From an uncultured Acidobacteriota bacterium (GTDB taxonomy: Bacteria; Acidobacteriota; Terriglobia; Terriglobales; Acidobacteriaceae), in contig CAVWJE010000001.1 of assembly GCA_963755225.1 (NCBI GenBank), positions 324,005-364,004 of the forward strand: 40,000 nucleotides of DNA. Reading direction: 5' to 3'. How positions within the stretch are numbered: position 1 is the stretch's first letter; each line of letters starts with the position of its first letter. The notes under the pieces were generated by a model. The model was given only the letters and a program-made list of their open reading frames with translations, was not told the origin of the DNA and ran no database searches. A program made the translations under genes and the position numbers. Positions 27,607-37,366 of this stretch are shown here, in pieces.

Positions 27607-28487
27607 GTCTTTATAAGGAGGGCACGTACTCTGTTCCCGGAAGGATTCTGGCGCTCCATGAGTTACTCCTCACGCGGACACAGATGAAAGAACGGCGGGA
27701 GGTGTGCGAATCGTTGTTGATGCCGGAGTCTCTTCTTGAGGCAGAGAAAAAGCGTCCGATGGTTCGAGCAGTTGTTAACGAAGCGTTAAAGTTGGGCCTG
27801 ATTGTTAAGGAAGAGGACGAGATTCTCATAGATAAGGGAGTACCAAGAATCCTCCTCGACGGGAAGGCCAATCGCCGGTATTGGCCTCTGGCTTACATGG
27901 AGTTGATCGCCAGCAGTGAGGAGAATCGCGATCTCGCTTTGGCTTTCGCCTGGTGGTTGAGCTTACCTGTCTTTGGAGCACCGGGAGACTGGACAACGAT
28001 TGACCGGAATCAAGGATTTGCGATTCAAGTAAAGCAGTTAAACATGAATGATGTTCGCTACTCGATGCTCGCGTCGTGGGCGATTTATCTGGGTTTGGCT
28101 TGGCGACATCTCAAACAGGCATTGGTGCCTGACCCCACAAGCCACATACGCTGGCGTTTAGAACAGGAGTTTGGTCGCAAAGAGCAGATTCTTGAAATGA
28201 CAGACTTCGTTCGGAAACTCTCTGTCTGGTGCCCAGTGCTAGATTCAGGGAGTTTCCGACTTCAACTCGAGAAGCAAGGTGTCTTGGAGAGGTTGCCAGC
28301 AAAGCACTTGTCTTCCACGCTTTCCTTTGCTCTCGTGAGACTGACTGAAGAGGCTCAACTGGAGTTGAGCCACGCTGCGGACGGTGAGGCATTGCTCTTG
28401 GACGAAACAGTAGTTGCTGACAGACCCGAATTGCAACGTGTCTCACGAGTTCGGTGGTTAGGAAGGGTGCGCGAGGGAATCGCATGA
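27603..28487 (+). CDS. dpdG: hypothetical protein in the DpdG position (294 aa)
   Basis: Intact ORF, with ATGA overlaps to both neighbours (27603-27606 and 28484-28487). No motif recognised; the symbol is assigned only from its position between the F-like and H-like genes. Confidence 0.4.
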   Translation: MSLYKEGTYSVPGRILALHELLLTRTQMKERREVCESLLMPESLLEAEKKRPMVRAVVNEALKLGLIVKEEDEILIDKGVPRILLDGKANRRYWPLAYMELIASSEENRDLALAFAWWLSLPVFGAPGDWTTIDRNQGFAIQVKQLNMNDVRYSMLASWAIYLGLAWRHLKQALVPDPTSHIRWRLEQEFGRKEQILEMTDFVRKLSVWCPVLDSGSFRLQLEKQGVLERLPAKHLSSTLSFALVRLTEEAQLELSHAADGEALLLDETVVADRPELQRVSRVRWLGRVREGIA

Positions 28488-31400
28488 AGTTCAGCAAATA
28501 CATCTGCTGGCAACCTGACAAGATCGAACATGTGATGGAGACTGAAGCGCTCCAAAGTTCGGATGCCATTTTCTTAGCGACCCATCATCCTCTGGCCATG
28601 ACGCGGTCGACCGTCGGAAGTCACGATCGCGCACACTACACAGAAGAGCAGTTTCTGAGGGATTTCAGTACACCGAGTGACTATGTTCTTGTGCCGGTAC
28701 TGGGAGAGGCAGGAACCGGGAAATCGCATCTGATCCGGTGGTTAAGCCTCAAGATTCCTCCGGCTAAGAACCGTCATGTGATTCTCATCCCTAAGGTAGG
28801 CACGAACCTTCGAGGTGTTATTCGGCTGATCTTGGGTCGCTTTAACGGTCCAGAATTTGATGACTATCGACGGCAACTTAAGGAATCGACCGATAGCCTA
28901 AGCGTCGAACAAGCAGCGCAGAAGTTGCTTGATAATCTCGCCTTTGAGGCAGGTGTTAACCGTAGTGGAGGCACCCAGACCCTGAACGAAGAGGAACGGT
29001 TCTTAGCTAACTCACTGCCCGACCTTCTTTACGACCCTTTTTTTCGTACGAAGTTCTTAGGACAGGACGGCCTATTGAATCGGTTGGCGCAACATGTCTT
29101 GGGGAAAGTCGAGGAGGTCGAGAGACTCGAAGAGCATCGACGATTCAGTTCTCAAGACCTACCATTGAACCTTCGGGACTGGGCGCAGGCAGGGCAGCGC
29201 GCCCGACACGTGTATTCAGATTTGCTCGGAAGCGACGAACTTCAGCAGCAAGCCGTCGAATGGCTGAATAGAAATCTTGACTTTGCAATAGCGTCGCTGC
29301 TTGAACTTCGTGGCGACAAACTATCCCGCTTGATGCTTGAGATCAGGCGTCAATTGGCGGAGCAAGGTGCGGAGTTGATTCTCCTGATCGAAGATTTTGC
29401 TCGATTGCAAGGAATTGAAAACCAGTTACTCGAAGCTCTCCTTGTTCAACCGCATCAGGGAGAAATTGGTGAACTTTGTGCGCTTCGGACCGCGATTGCG
29501 TGCACAGCGGGATATTTTCGACCATTGGCCGAGACGGTGCAGCAACGGACGAGTTTCGTGGTGAGTTTAGACCAACTCTCTGAACCGACCAGTGGTTGGG
29601 AGCGCGGGACTGTGGATCTCGCAAGCTTCGCCGCACGGTACCTGAACGCGATCCGGGTTCCCGAGGAAGATCTTGAACGGTGGTATCAAGGTGTACGCGA
29701 AGGTCGAGAGCCAGACTTGGGTGCGATCCCGAACCGTTGTCAGGCTTGCGAGTTTGAAAAGAAGTGCCATCAGGGTTTTGGGAGTTCGTTGGATATGGGT
29801 CTTTATCCATTTACTGAACTGGCGTTGCAACGGATGAGCGAGCGCCTGACCTCAGGCTCATTCAACCCTCGGAAGCTAGTCAAGGACGTCTTGCGGCACA
29901 CTCTCGAGAACTACGGTGATGAGATCCGAAGAGGGCAGTTTCCGTCTGGGGCGCTGAACCAATATTTCGGGAGACAACTGGAACCGCGTTTTCAACAGAT
30001 GCTCCAGGTGGGTAACAATCCTAATGCTGAACGATACGAAGCGCTTCTCGATCTCTGGACAGACGGCCAGGCAGTCAGAAACTTGGATCCGGCGATTCAC
30101 GAAGCATTCGATCTCCCGGAACTCAAGATTAGTAAGATTGACTCAGCCACGTTGCCTTCTTCCCAGTCCTCACATCAAGTCTCCAAACCCCCGAGTGTGG
30201 CTCCGCCCGGAGATGTGCAAATAATTCAGCAATGGGCCAACGGCAATCGCAAATTACCGCAAGATGTCGTCACGAAACTTAGGGACAAACTCCACAAAGC
30301 CATCGACAACCATATCGATTGGGATTCAGAGAGACTGTCACGTGATTTCTTCACAAGAAAGTGGTTCGTAACCGGAAGCATCAACTTCCGAGAACAGGCT
30401 ACCCAAGCGACTCAAATTGCTCTGCGCTTATTCATCCCCGATGAACCGACGAAAGAAAGCATGCGAACGGTGGGATTGGCTTTGGAAGGGATGATTCGAT
30501 TCGAGCATGAGGGGGGATGGGACTTTCCTGGGGGCTCACAATACCTTCGCCACTATGTCTCATTGCTCGACAGTTGCGCCGAGAGAATACTGGCGCGGAT
30601 ACGGCGGCCTGTGCAGACGGATCCAAGTTGGGATCCGATTCCGCTGACCGTGCAGGTTTTAGCGCTGACGGCGCGGTTGAATGGCCTGTCCTTGGATGGA
30701 GAGCGGAGTACCACCGAGATATTCAGTTCCAGTCGGACTCCAGACAATCGCAGGACCAAGAAATGGCGTGAACTTCTAGAATCGCTTTGCAAGTATCGGG
30801 TCGATTTGAGGGAACTGCTCGTTGCCTACGCTGCCTGTACCAAAGGTTCAATTGAGCTGAAAAAGGTGCAGTACATCGATGCGTCAAGATTGCTTGGTCC
30901 TTTACGGGATCTCGAACGAGCAGGCTGGAGTCTAGCGCCTGACATTCCGCAAGCGGTTGACAATCGCTTCGACACGCTAAGACGTGCTTGCGACAAACTT
31001 CAGGGCTTGACGGAAGTGCTAGATCTGGAACGGACCGATTGGTGCAAGTGGTTGGAGCGCGTCATGGCAGAGTTAGGGCGGACGTTTGAATGCCAGAATG
31101 CGGTTCAGACAGTTCGAGCGACCCGCGATCAAATTGCAAAAGTTGGAATGCTCCCCCAGTTCTACAACCAACTGGACTTTGACAAGGCTCTGTCCGACTT
31201 GCAGAACATTGATGTCGCCAAGACGCTCGAAATGGTTGGATTTGCGGTAAATGCCAAGAATCGTCCAGAGTTGCTTAGCAGGCTAAGCATAGATCTGGAA
31301 GCTGCCATGGGTGCGCTGGATCGTTTCAATGAAGTGGTTCTTGCTGTTGTGAATGGTGCAATCAAGAGAATGGACACGGAACTGACTAGTGTCACCGGGT

Positions 31401-31495
31401 CGGGCAATGCAAATATCGGACAAATGTACAAGGACATGATAGAAGCGCTGGAGTCCATTCGGTCCGATGTTAAGAAACTTGCAGGAGGAGCGTGA
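28484..31495 (+). CDS. dpdH: large P-loop NTPase (1003 aa) in the DpdH position
   Basis: Walker A GEAGTGKS (28703-28726) and a candidate Walker B in ELILLIEDFARL. Intact ~3-kb ORF whose ATG at 28484 overlaps the upstream stop. The symbol is assigned by position and size only. Confidence 0.5.
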   Translation: MKFSKYICWQPDKIEHVMETEALQSSDAIFLATHHPLAMTRSTVGSHDRAHYTEEQFLRDFSTPSDYVLVPVLGEAGTGKSHLIRWLSLKIPPAKNRHVILIPKVGTNLRGVIRLILGRFNGPEFDDYRRQLKESTDSLSVEQAAQKLLDNLAFEAGVNRSGGTQTLNEEERFLANSLPDLLYDPFFRTKFLGQDGLLNRLAQHVLGKVEEVERLEEHRRFSSQDLPLNLRDWAQAGQRARHVYSDLLGSDELQQQAVEWLNRNLDFAIASLLELRGDKLSRLMLEIRRQLAEQGAELILLIEDFARLQGIENQLLEALLVQPHQGEIGELCALRTAIACTAGYFRPLAETVQQRTSFVVSLDQLSEPTSGWERGTVDLASFAARYLNAIRVPEEDLERWYQGVREGREPDLGAIPNRCQACEFEKKCHQGFGSSLDMGLYPFTELALQRMSERLTSGSFNPRKLVKDVLRHTLENYGDEIRRGQFPSGALNQYFGRQLEPRFQQMLQVGNNPNAERYEALLDLWTDGQAVRNLDPAIHEAFDLPELKISKIDSATLPSSQSSHQVSKPPSVAPPGDVQIIQQWANGNRKLPQDVVTKLRDKLHKAIDNHIDWDSERLSRDFFTRKWFVTGSINFREQATQATQIALRLFIPDEPTKESMRTVGLALEGMIRFEHEGGWDFPGGSQYLRHYVSLLDSCAERILARIRRPVQTDPSWDPIPLTVQVLALTARLNGLSLDGERSTTEIFSSSRTPDNRRTKKWRELLESLCKYRVDLRELLVAYAACTKGSIELKKVQYIDASRLLGPLRDLERAGWSLAPDIPQAVDNRFDTLRRACDKLQGLTEVLDLERTDWCKWLERVMAELGRTFECQNAVQTVRATRDQIAKVGMLPQFYNQLDFDKALSDLQNIDVAKTLEMVGFAVNAKNRPELLSRLSIDLEAAMGALDRFNEVVLAVVNGAIKRMDTELTSVTGSGNANIGQMYKDMIEALESIRSDVKKLAGGA

Positions 31496-32210
31496 TGCTG
31501 GTTGAGCGATGCGCAACGGCGCAGTCTCTTGCGACAGAACTCAATAAAGCAAGGGAACTGAAGAATCAAGCAAAAGGCATAAGACAACGTTTGGAACAAT
31601 TGCGAGTCTTACAAAGACGATTCTCAGGCCTGACGACCTCTTCGACAGAATTGAGAAAACACAAAGTGCAAGTGCCGGAGAAGAGGCGCCCTCTGCCGCG
31701 CTGATACAGAACGTCGTAGACATATGCGACATCGTGGTAAATTCGCCGACGCAGTTTGTGGATTCCCCAAGAGTTACCGAGTTCGCCACCGATCGTGGGC
31801 CAGACTATCTCCAGCGACTCGAAAAGACCCTCAAGAAAGCATGGGAGCAACACATCGACAAAGTTGCTCCGGCAACGAATCTAGACTTTCTGTCGGTCCT
31901 CAGCAAGATCCATGCCTTCACCGCGACTGTAAAGAAGATCGAGAGATTCGAGGCCTCACTAAAGCGTCGACGTGACACCTTACCTAATCAAGTCGCGGAC
32001 TTCGATGAATTGAAGGGTATCGTCGCTGAATTGGCTACGGCCTGGGAAACAATCGGAGGTGACAAGGTGCCACCTGCAGTGCGGGAATTTCTCCGACAGG
32101 CTGTGTCTCCGGTCGGAGTGTTGTTGTCTCGTTATGATGAGGAAGTGTCTGATTGGCTCGAAGATCACAACATTGCTGATCAATTTGTGATTCGTAATCG
32201 CGTGAGCTAA
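31495..32210 (+). pseudogene. dpdI: hypothetical protein in the DpdI position (~238 aa if joined), one frameshift as given
   Basis: The ATG at 31495 follows GGAGGAG (31484-31490) and reads MLVERCATAQSLATELNKARELKNQAKGIRQRLEQLRV. The second frame is open from 31548 and continues plausibly as ...TKTILRPDDLFDRIEKTQ...VVNSPTQFVDSPRV into ORF 31734-32210. The junction is at about 31600-31615; the join is my inference. Confidence 0.35.
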
Positions 32211-32226
32211 TGAAGGTGTCAAGCAA

Positions 32227-35200
32227 ATGACGGAGTTCAGCCGAGAACAACTCGGGCAGTTTCTCAGTGAATTGGAAACCTTGGAGACTCGTTTGTTGTA
32301 TTGGGGCGTAGTCGATGGCAGCTTCACGCGGGACGAGATTGTTGAAGCCGCCGCCAAAGCTGTCGGCGAGACAGATGTTGATCCGGAAGAACTTCTTGAA
32401 GAGATGATTGCGCAACAGTTGGTGTTCGAGGTGGTCGACGGTACTCGATATCGTACTAGGATGGCCGAAACAATGCGTCTCTTGGTTCGACTGCGACAAC
32501 TGTTTCCAGGGCGTCCGTGGCAAGCAGGCGCAACCTTAGTGGCAGACTATCGCTTCAGCATGCGGAGTCGACGATATCCCGATCGTAACCGTGCCCCGGA
32601 ATGGGTACTACAAGAGGTTGGGGCTTCCTGTGAGCTTGAGTCCACACGGCGGAGGGCTTTGGAACAGATGTTGCGAGGGGATGGCGAACCGCTAACGCTC
32701 GCGGATTTCCAAGTTGACGCGACGCGTCAGATCTTATCGGATCTGAGGGGACGAACGTCACGGGGGATCATAGTTTCCACAGGAACTGGTACAGGCAAGA
32801 CCCTCGCCTTTTACTTGCCAGGCCTTACGTTTCTTGCAGGCGCACTGAGAAAGAACAAATACAGTGTTAAAATCCTCGCCCTTTATCCCCGCAAGGAATT
32901 GCTTAAGGATCAGATTACGGAAACACTTCGCCAAGTGCGAGCGCTTCACCGGGGAATTGAGAAGTTCTTACCTCGCAAGATTCTCGTCGGAGCGTTTTAT
33001 GGGGATACGCCGTTATATGGGAACGTCTTGTCCCTGAGGGAGTACGCAAAATGGCCAGAGCGCAGCGGCGGTTTTGTATGTCCTTATTTGCATTGCCCTG
33101 AAAACGAGTGTGGCGGTGACCTTCTCTGGACTAGGGAGGATGCTGAAAGAGGCAAGGAACGATTGCATTGTATTGAAGATGCGAGCCACATTGTTGACGA
33201 ATCGGAGGTCGTCCTGACTCGAAGAAGGCTGGCCAGTTCTCCAGTCGATGTCCTTTTTACCACGAGTGAAATGCTCAATCAGGAGATGAGTAATTCTGAA
33301 ACGCGCCACGTGTTTGGTCTTGGCTGCGCAGACCCGCCTCGACTCATGTTGTTAGACGAAGTTCATACTTATGAGGGCACGCACGGTGCGCAAGTAGCTC
33401 TACTGGTTCGTCGTTGGCGCCACGCTCTGGGAAGAGGTACACCGATTGAATTTGTGGGACTGTCGGCCACTTTGCGTAACGCAGCAGATTTCTTCGCCAC
33501 ATTAGTTGGCTTAAACTCAGGACAGGTTGTTGAAGTGTTTCCCGGTCGCAACATGGTTGAGAAAAGCATGGAATATCAAGTTGCGCTTCGGGGAGACCCA
33601 GTATCCGGTGCCAGTTTGCTCGCGACGACGATTCAGGCAGCTATGCTGCTTCGTCGCATGCTCAATGTGCAAAATGCTGGCGGGACTTCCGACTTGTATG
33701 GTTCGACCGTCTACGCCTTCACTGACAATCTTGATGTAACAAACCGTCTGTACAACAATCTCCAGGATGCTGAAGCACTGGATTTTCGTGGAGCGCGGAT
33801 CAGGGGACGCCAACCGCTGGCTGCACTTCGTGCGAGTGCGCTGCCGAACAATGCAGAGCGAATGCGAGAAGGGCAATCCTGGCGGTCAGCGGAGCAGATC
33901 GGATACAACTTGTCTGATTCGCTCAGAATTACGCGGACAAGTTCCCAGGATTCGGGGGTCGATCGCACCAGTGATGTGGTGGTAGCGACCGCATCCCTCG
34001 AAGTTGGCTATAACGATCCGACCGTGGGTGCGGTGATGCAGCACAAGGCGCCCATTGAGTCCGCAGCGTTCTTGCAGCGACGCGGGCGCGCAGGGCGTAT
34101 TCGTCAGATGCGGCCTTGGACTGTGGTAGTCCTCTCCGACTATGGGAGGGATCGACTTGCATATCAAGGTTACGACCTGCTTTTTGATCCGGAATTACCG
34201 CCCCGTTATTTGCCGGTGCACAATCGTTACGTGCTCAGAATGCAGGCACTCTTCGCTTGTATGGAATGGTTGGAGCAACGCCTTGCGGGCGCGTCTTTGC
34301 CAAAGGGAAGCGTATATCGCGATTGGTCTGGTCCATCGGACAAGAGCATTCAACGAGACCGACAACGGTGGATGGCGAAGTTCTTACGCGAGTTTGTCAC
34401 GGGCACTGCTCAACAATCCATACGGGCCGAGTTCGACATTTACTTAGCGCAGGCGCTCCAGATCTCGGCGGAAGAGGTACAGGCTATTCTTTGGGACCCG
34501 CCTCGCTCGGTTATGAGGGCAGCTCTGCCTACTCTCTTGCGCCGACTGGAATTCAATTGGAAACGCTGGCAATTCCGGCAGACTGATCCACAATGGGACT
34601 TCTTTCAACGGAACAATCCGCTGCCGGATTTTCTTCCGCCCAGTCTTTTTAGTGATCTTAATCTCCCGGAAGTCATTCTCCATTTTCACACTCCACGAGA
34701 AAAAGAAGAGCGTATGGGCGTGGCTCAAGCAATGAAGGAGTTTGCGGTGGGCAATGTCACGCGCCGGTTCTCTCCTGAGAGGTCTGATGTGAGTCACTGG
34801 ATTGCTCCGCGAGAGATCAGAGACGGTGATCAGGAAATACCGATTCGTTCTGTTTGTCAGGATTTCGAGGCATTAGGAGCGTTCCAGATCTCTGGAGGGG
34901 GCTGAAATCCGAGATGTTAATTGCTATCGTCCATGGACCATCTTGCCTTCTGAGTGTCCGCGGCGCATTAAGCCGACGTCGAAAGGCGTGCTTGATTGGA
35001 GGACCCAGATATTTCCTGACGGGCCATCTCAGATATTTGAGACACCGTCGAAGTCGCCCTGGGCGAGACTTGTTGAGGCGCTGGAATTCTTCACTCATAA
35101 CACGCATGGGCATGTTGTGGTTAGACGATTCGCCCTGGGTTCGCAGGCAGAACTGTTAGTCCGGCAGCAAGGTGTATCGGAAATATCAAGTTACGTGCGA

Positions 35201-36850
35201 TTTGTAGATCGTGATTCAGCGACGGGAGATTCTGCGAGTGAGTCAGAAACGAGGGGTAATAGCCAAGCGGCAATTGGGTTTAGTCAGGATGTTGATGGGA
35301 TATGTGTTAGGGGGGTTCGAGTTGTTGATGCACATGTGGACCCCGGTGTTGAAGGCAATACGGAAAAGATTCGGTGCCTGCGTACGGCTTACTTCGTGCA
35401 TTGCGTCATAAACGATCAGGCGCTGCGTCTGTCAGCGAACTATTTTCTGCTGGAATGGCTCGCTCAAATTTACCTTTCTACGCTCACGTCGTACGCGATG
35501 GAGTGCAACAAGAGCCTCGTCGAAGCACACGATGACCTACAATCCCTTGTTCTAGGAAGACGGATGGGTGAAGTGCTTGACGTGATTTTTCAAACACTTA
35601 ATGTCGAAGAACCCGCTGTTGACAGAGAGTCGGAGGAAGGGGCCGGAAATAGTGAAAATGGTCCGGAGGAGACCCGAATTCGTCAAAAGGTACATCGCCG
35701 ATTGTTGGATCTGTGTGGGCAGGTTGGTGTCACAGAACGGTTGAGGCATTGTGCGTCAGTTCTCTGGTCAGAACCAACACCAGAGTGGCACACGTGGGTA
35801 GAGAGTAGATTTCGTGCGACTCTTGGAGCGGCGATTCTGGAGGGCTGCCAGCGGATATGCCCACAGTTTGATGCAGATTCCCTCATCCTGGACATCGAGC
35901 CAGGACCACCACCCGGCGATTCTGCTGGGAGGCGTGAGACTCCGTCCGGTAGGTACGAAATCTGGATAACGGAAAATTCACCGGGAGGCGCTGGGGTCAT
36001 CGAAGAGATCCTACGACGAGTTGCTGAAGACCCCCTCCATTTTTTCCGATTGGTTGAAAGTGCTCTAGCTTCCTCAGAGTTTGAATTGGTAGATTCAGAA
36101 ATTAGCCGACTCCTGAACTGTCTCGATGATGACGAACAACTACGGCAGAAATTCAGAGACTTTCGGGATGCTGTTGGAAATAGTGCAACTCACGCCGCTC
36201 TCGCCAGGCTGCGAGCGTTAATGAGACAAAGAGGGTATCGAATATCGCATTCGGTGATGAGTGCTCTCAATTCTCGCCTTCTTCGGCCGGGCAGTGACGC
36301 GGAAACGGACCGAGTTGTGCGAGATCTAATCAATGATTGGAAGGCGGCAGAAGAGCGTCTCGGAGTAGAGATTGATGCGCGGGTGTTCGCTTACGTTGCC
36401 AGTCGTCAACCTCGATTTGAACACGCTCTAAATCATATTGATGCTGACTTACGCAGTGATGCGCGATGGAATTTCCAGGCGATCTACGGATTGCTCTGGC
36501 CGAGGGGAAATGTCGTTCGGAAACTGTCGCTCTCGATACGAAATCCTTACGCTTCAATCCCCCCAGCGGATCGGCAACTCTTGCGTGACTGTTTGGAAGA
36601 CCCGACCACGGCGGTCGCTGTCACGGAGGCGAACTGGCGCGAACGTCTCGCAACCTTACTAGAGGAATATGGCGCAGCACGCATCGTGGCACCTGCGGCA
36701 TTGGCGGAAGAGTTGAAGAAGGCGTTGCTGTCGATAGCGAGTCAACCCCTGGACCTTGGTTTTCTGAGTGTGTATCCAATCGTGGAGCGAATCGAATCGC
36801 AAAGTGGCTCGCTCGAAGCACTCCTGGTTTGTCGGGAGGCGATACAGTGA
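32227..36850 (+). pseudogene. dpdJ: very large DEAD/DEAH-box helicase (DpdJ-like, ~1540 aa), one frameshift as given
   Basis: Motif I STGTGTGKT, motif II LLDEVHTY, GLSATL and LQRRGRAGR. A Cys cluster is inserted in the helicase core (CPYLHCPENEC...HC, 33079-33171). ORF 32227-34905 ends ...FQISGGG*. Deleting one G from the G5 run at 34897-34901 reads on as ...SGGAEIRDVNCYRPWTILPSECPRRIKPTSKG into ORF 34943-36850. Confidence 0.78.
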
Positions 36851-37359
36851 CTGCGTCCGCGAACCGTCAGGTCTTATCGTCTCCGCGACTTCGACAAATT
36901 CCAGATCTTCTACAGTCCATAGTGGCGGCTGAACTGTTAGTGCCGAGTAAACATTTCTGGCTGGTGAGTCCGTGGATCTCTGATATCCCCTTGCTCGACA
37001 ATGACGCAGGTTCATTCTCCACGTTCGAACCGGAATGGCCTTTTGCTCGCATCCGTCTTTCGCAGATCCTGCATTATTTGGCAGAAAGTGGAACACAGAT
37101 CACGGTAGTGACTCGAGATGTTGAGCACAATCGGCAGTTCCATAATGCTGTTGCGAGTTTAGCCTCAGCCGAGCGACTGCGGTTTCTCTTCTCCGATGAA
37201 CTTCACGCAAAGGGAATTCTAGCTGATCAATTCTACTTGAGTGGATCAATGAACTTCACCTACAACGGGATTTACGCAAACACGGAGGTTCTTCATCTGA
37301 TCACCGATTCCAGACTTATTGCGGAAGCACATCTATCGATGCGAGAGTGCTGGGGTTGA
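36847..37359 (+). CDS. dpdK: phospholipase D-family (single HKD) nuclease (DpdK-like)
   Basis: HKD motif HAKGILADQFYLSGSMN (37204-37254). About 170 aa, Nuc-like in size. The GTG at 36847 overlaps the dpdJ stop (GTGA) and follows GGGAGG; the ORF-track start is the TTG at 36829. Confidence 0.8.
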   Translation: MTASANRQVLSSPRLRQIPDLLQSIVAAELLVPSKHFWLVSPWISDIPLLDNDAGSFSTFEPEWPFARIRLSQILHYLAESGTQITVVTRDVEHNRQFHNAVASLASAERLRFLFSDELHAKGILADQFYLSGSMNFTYNGIYANTEVLHLITDSRLIAEAHLSMRECWG

Positions 37360-37366
37360 TCGCGCC

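Noticed and set aside
34897-34901. G5 run in dpdJ as a phase-variation (contingency) tract
   Set aside because: Five residues is much shorter than the tracts that give appreciable slipped-strand switching. The same kind of break occurs in many unrelated genes here, so a generic indel artefact or mutation is more likely.
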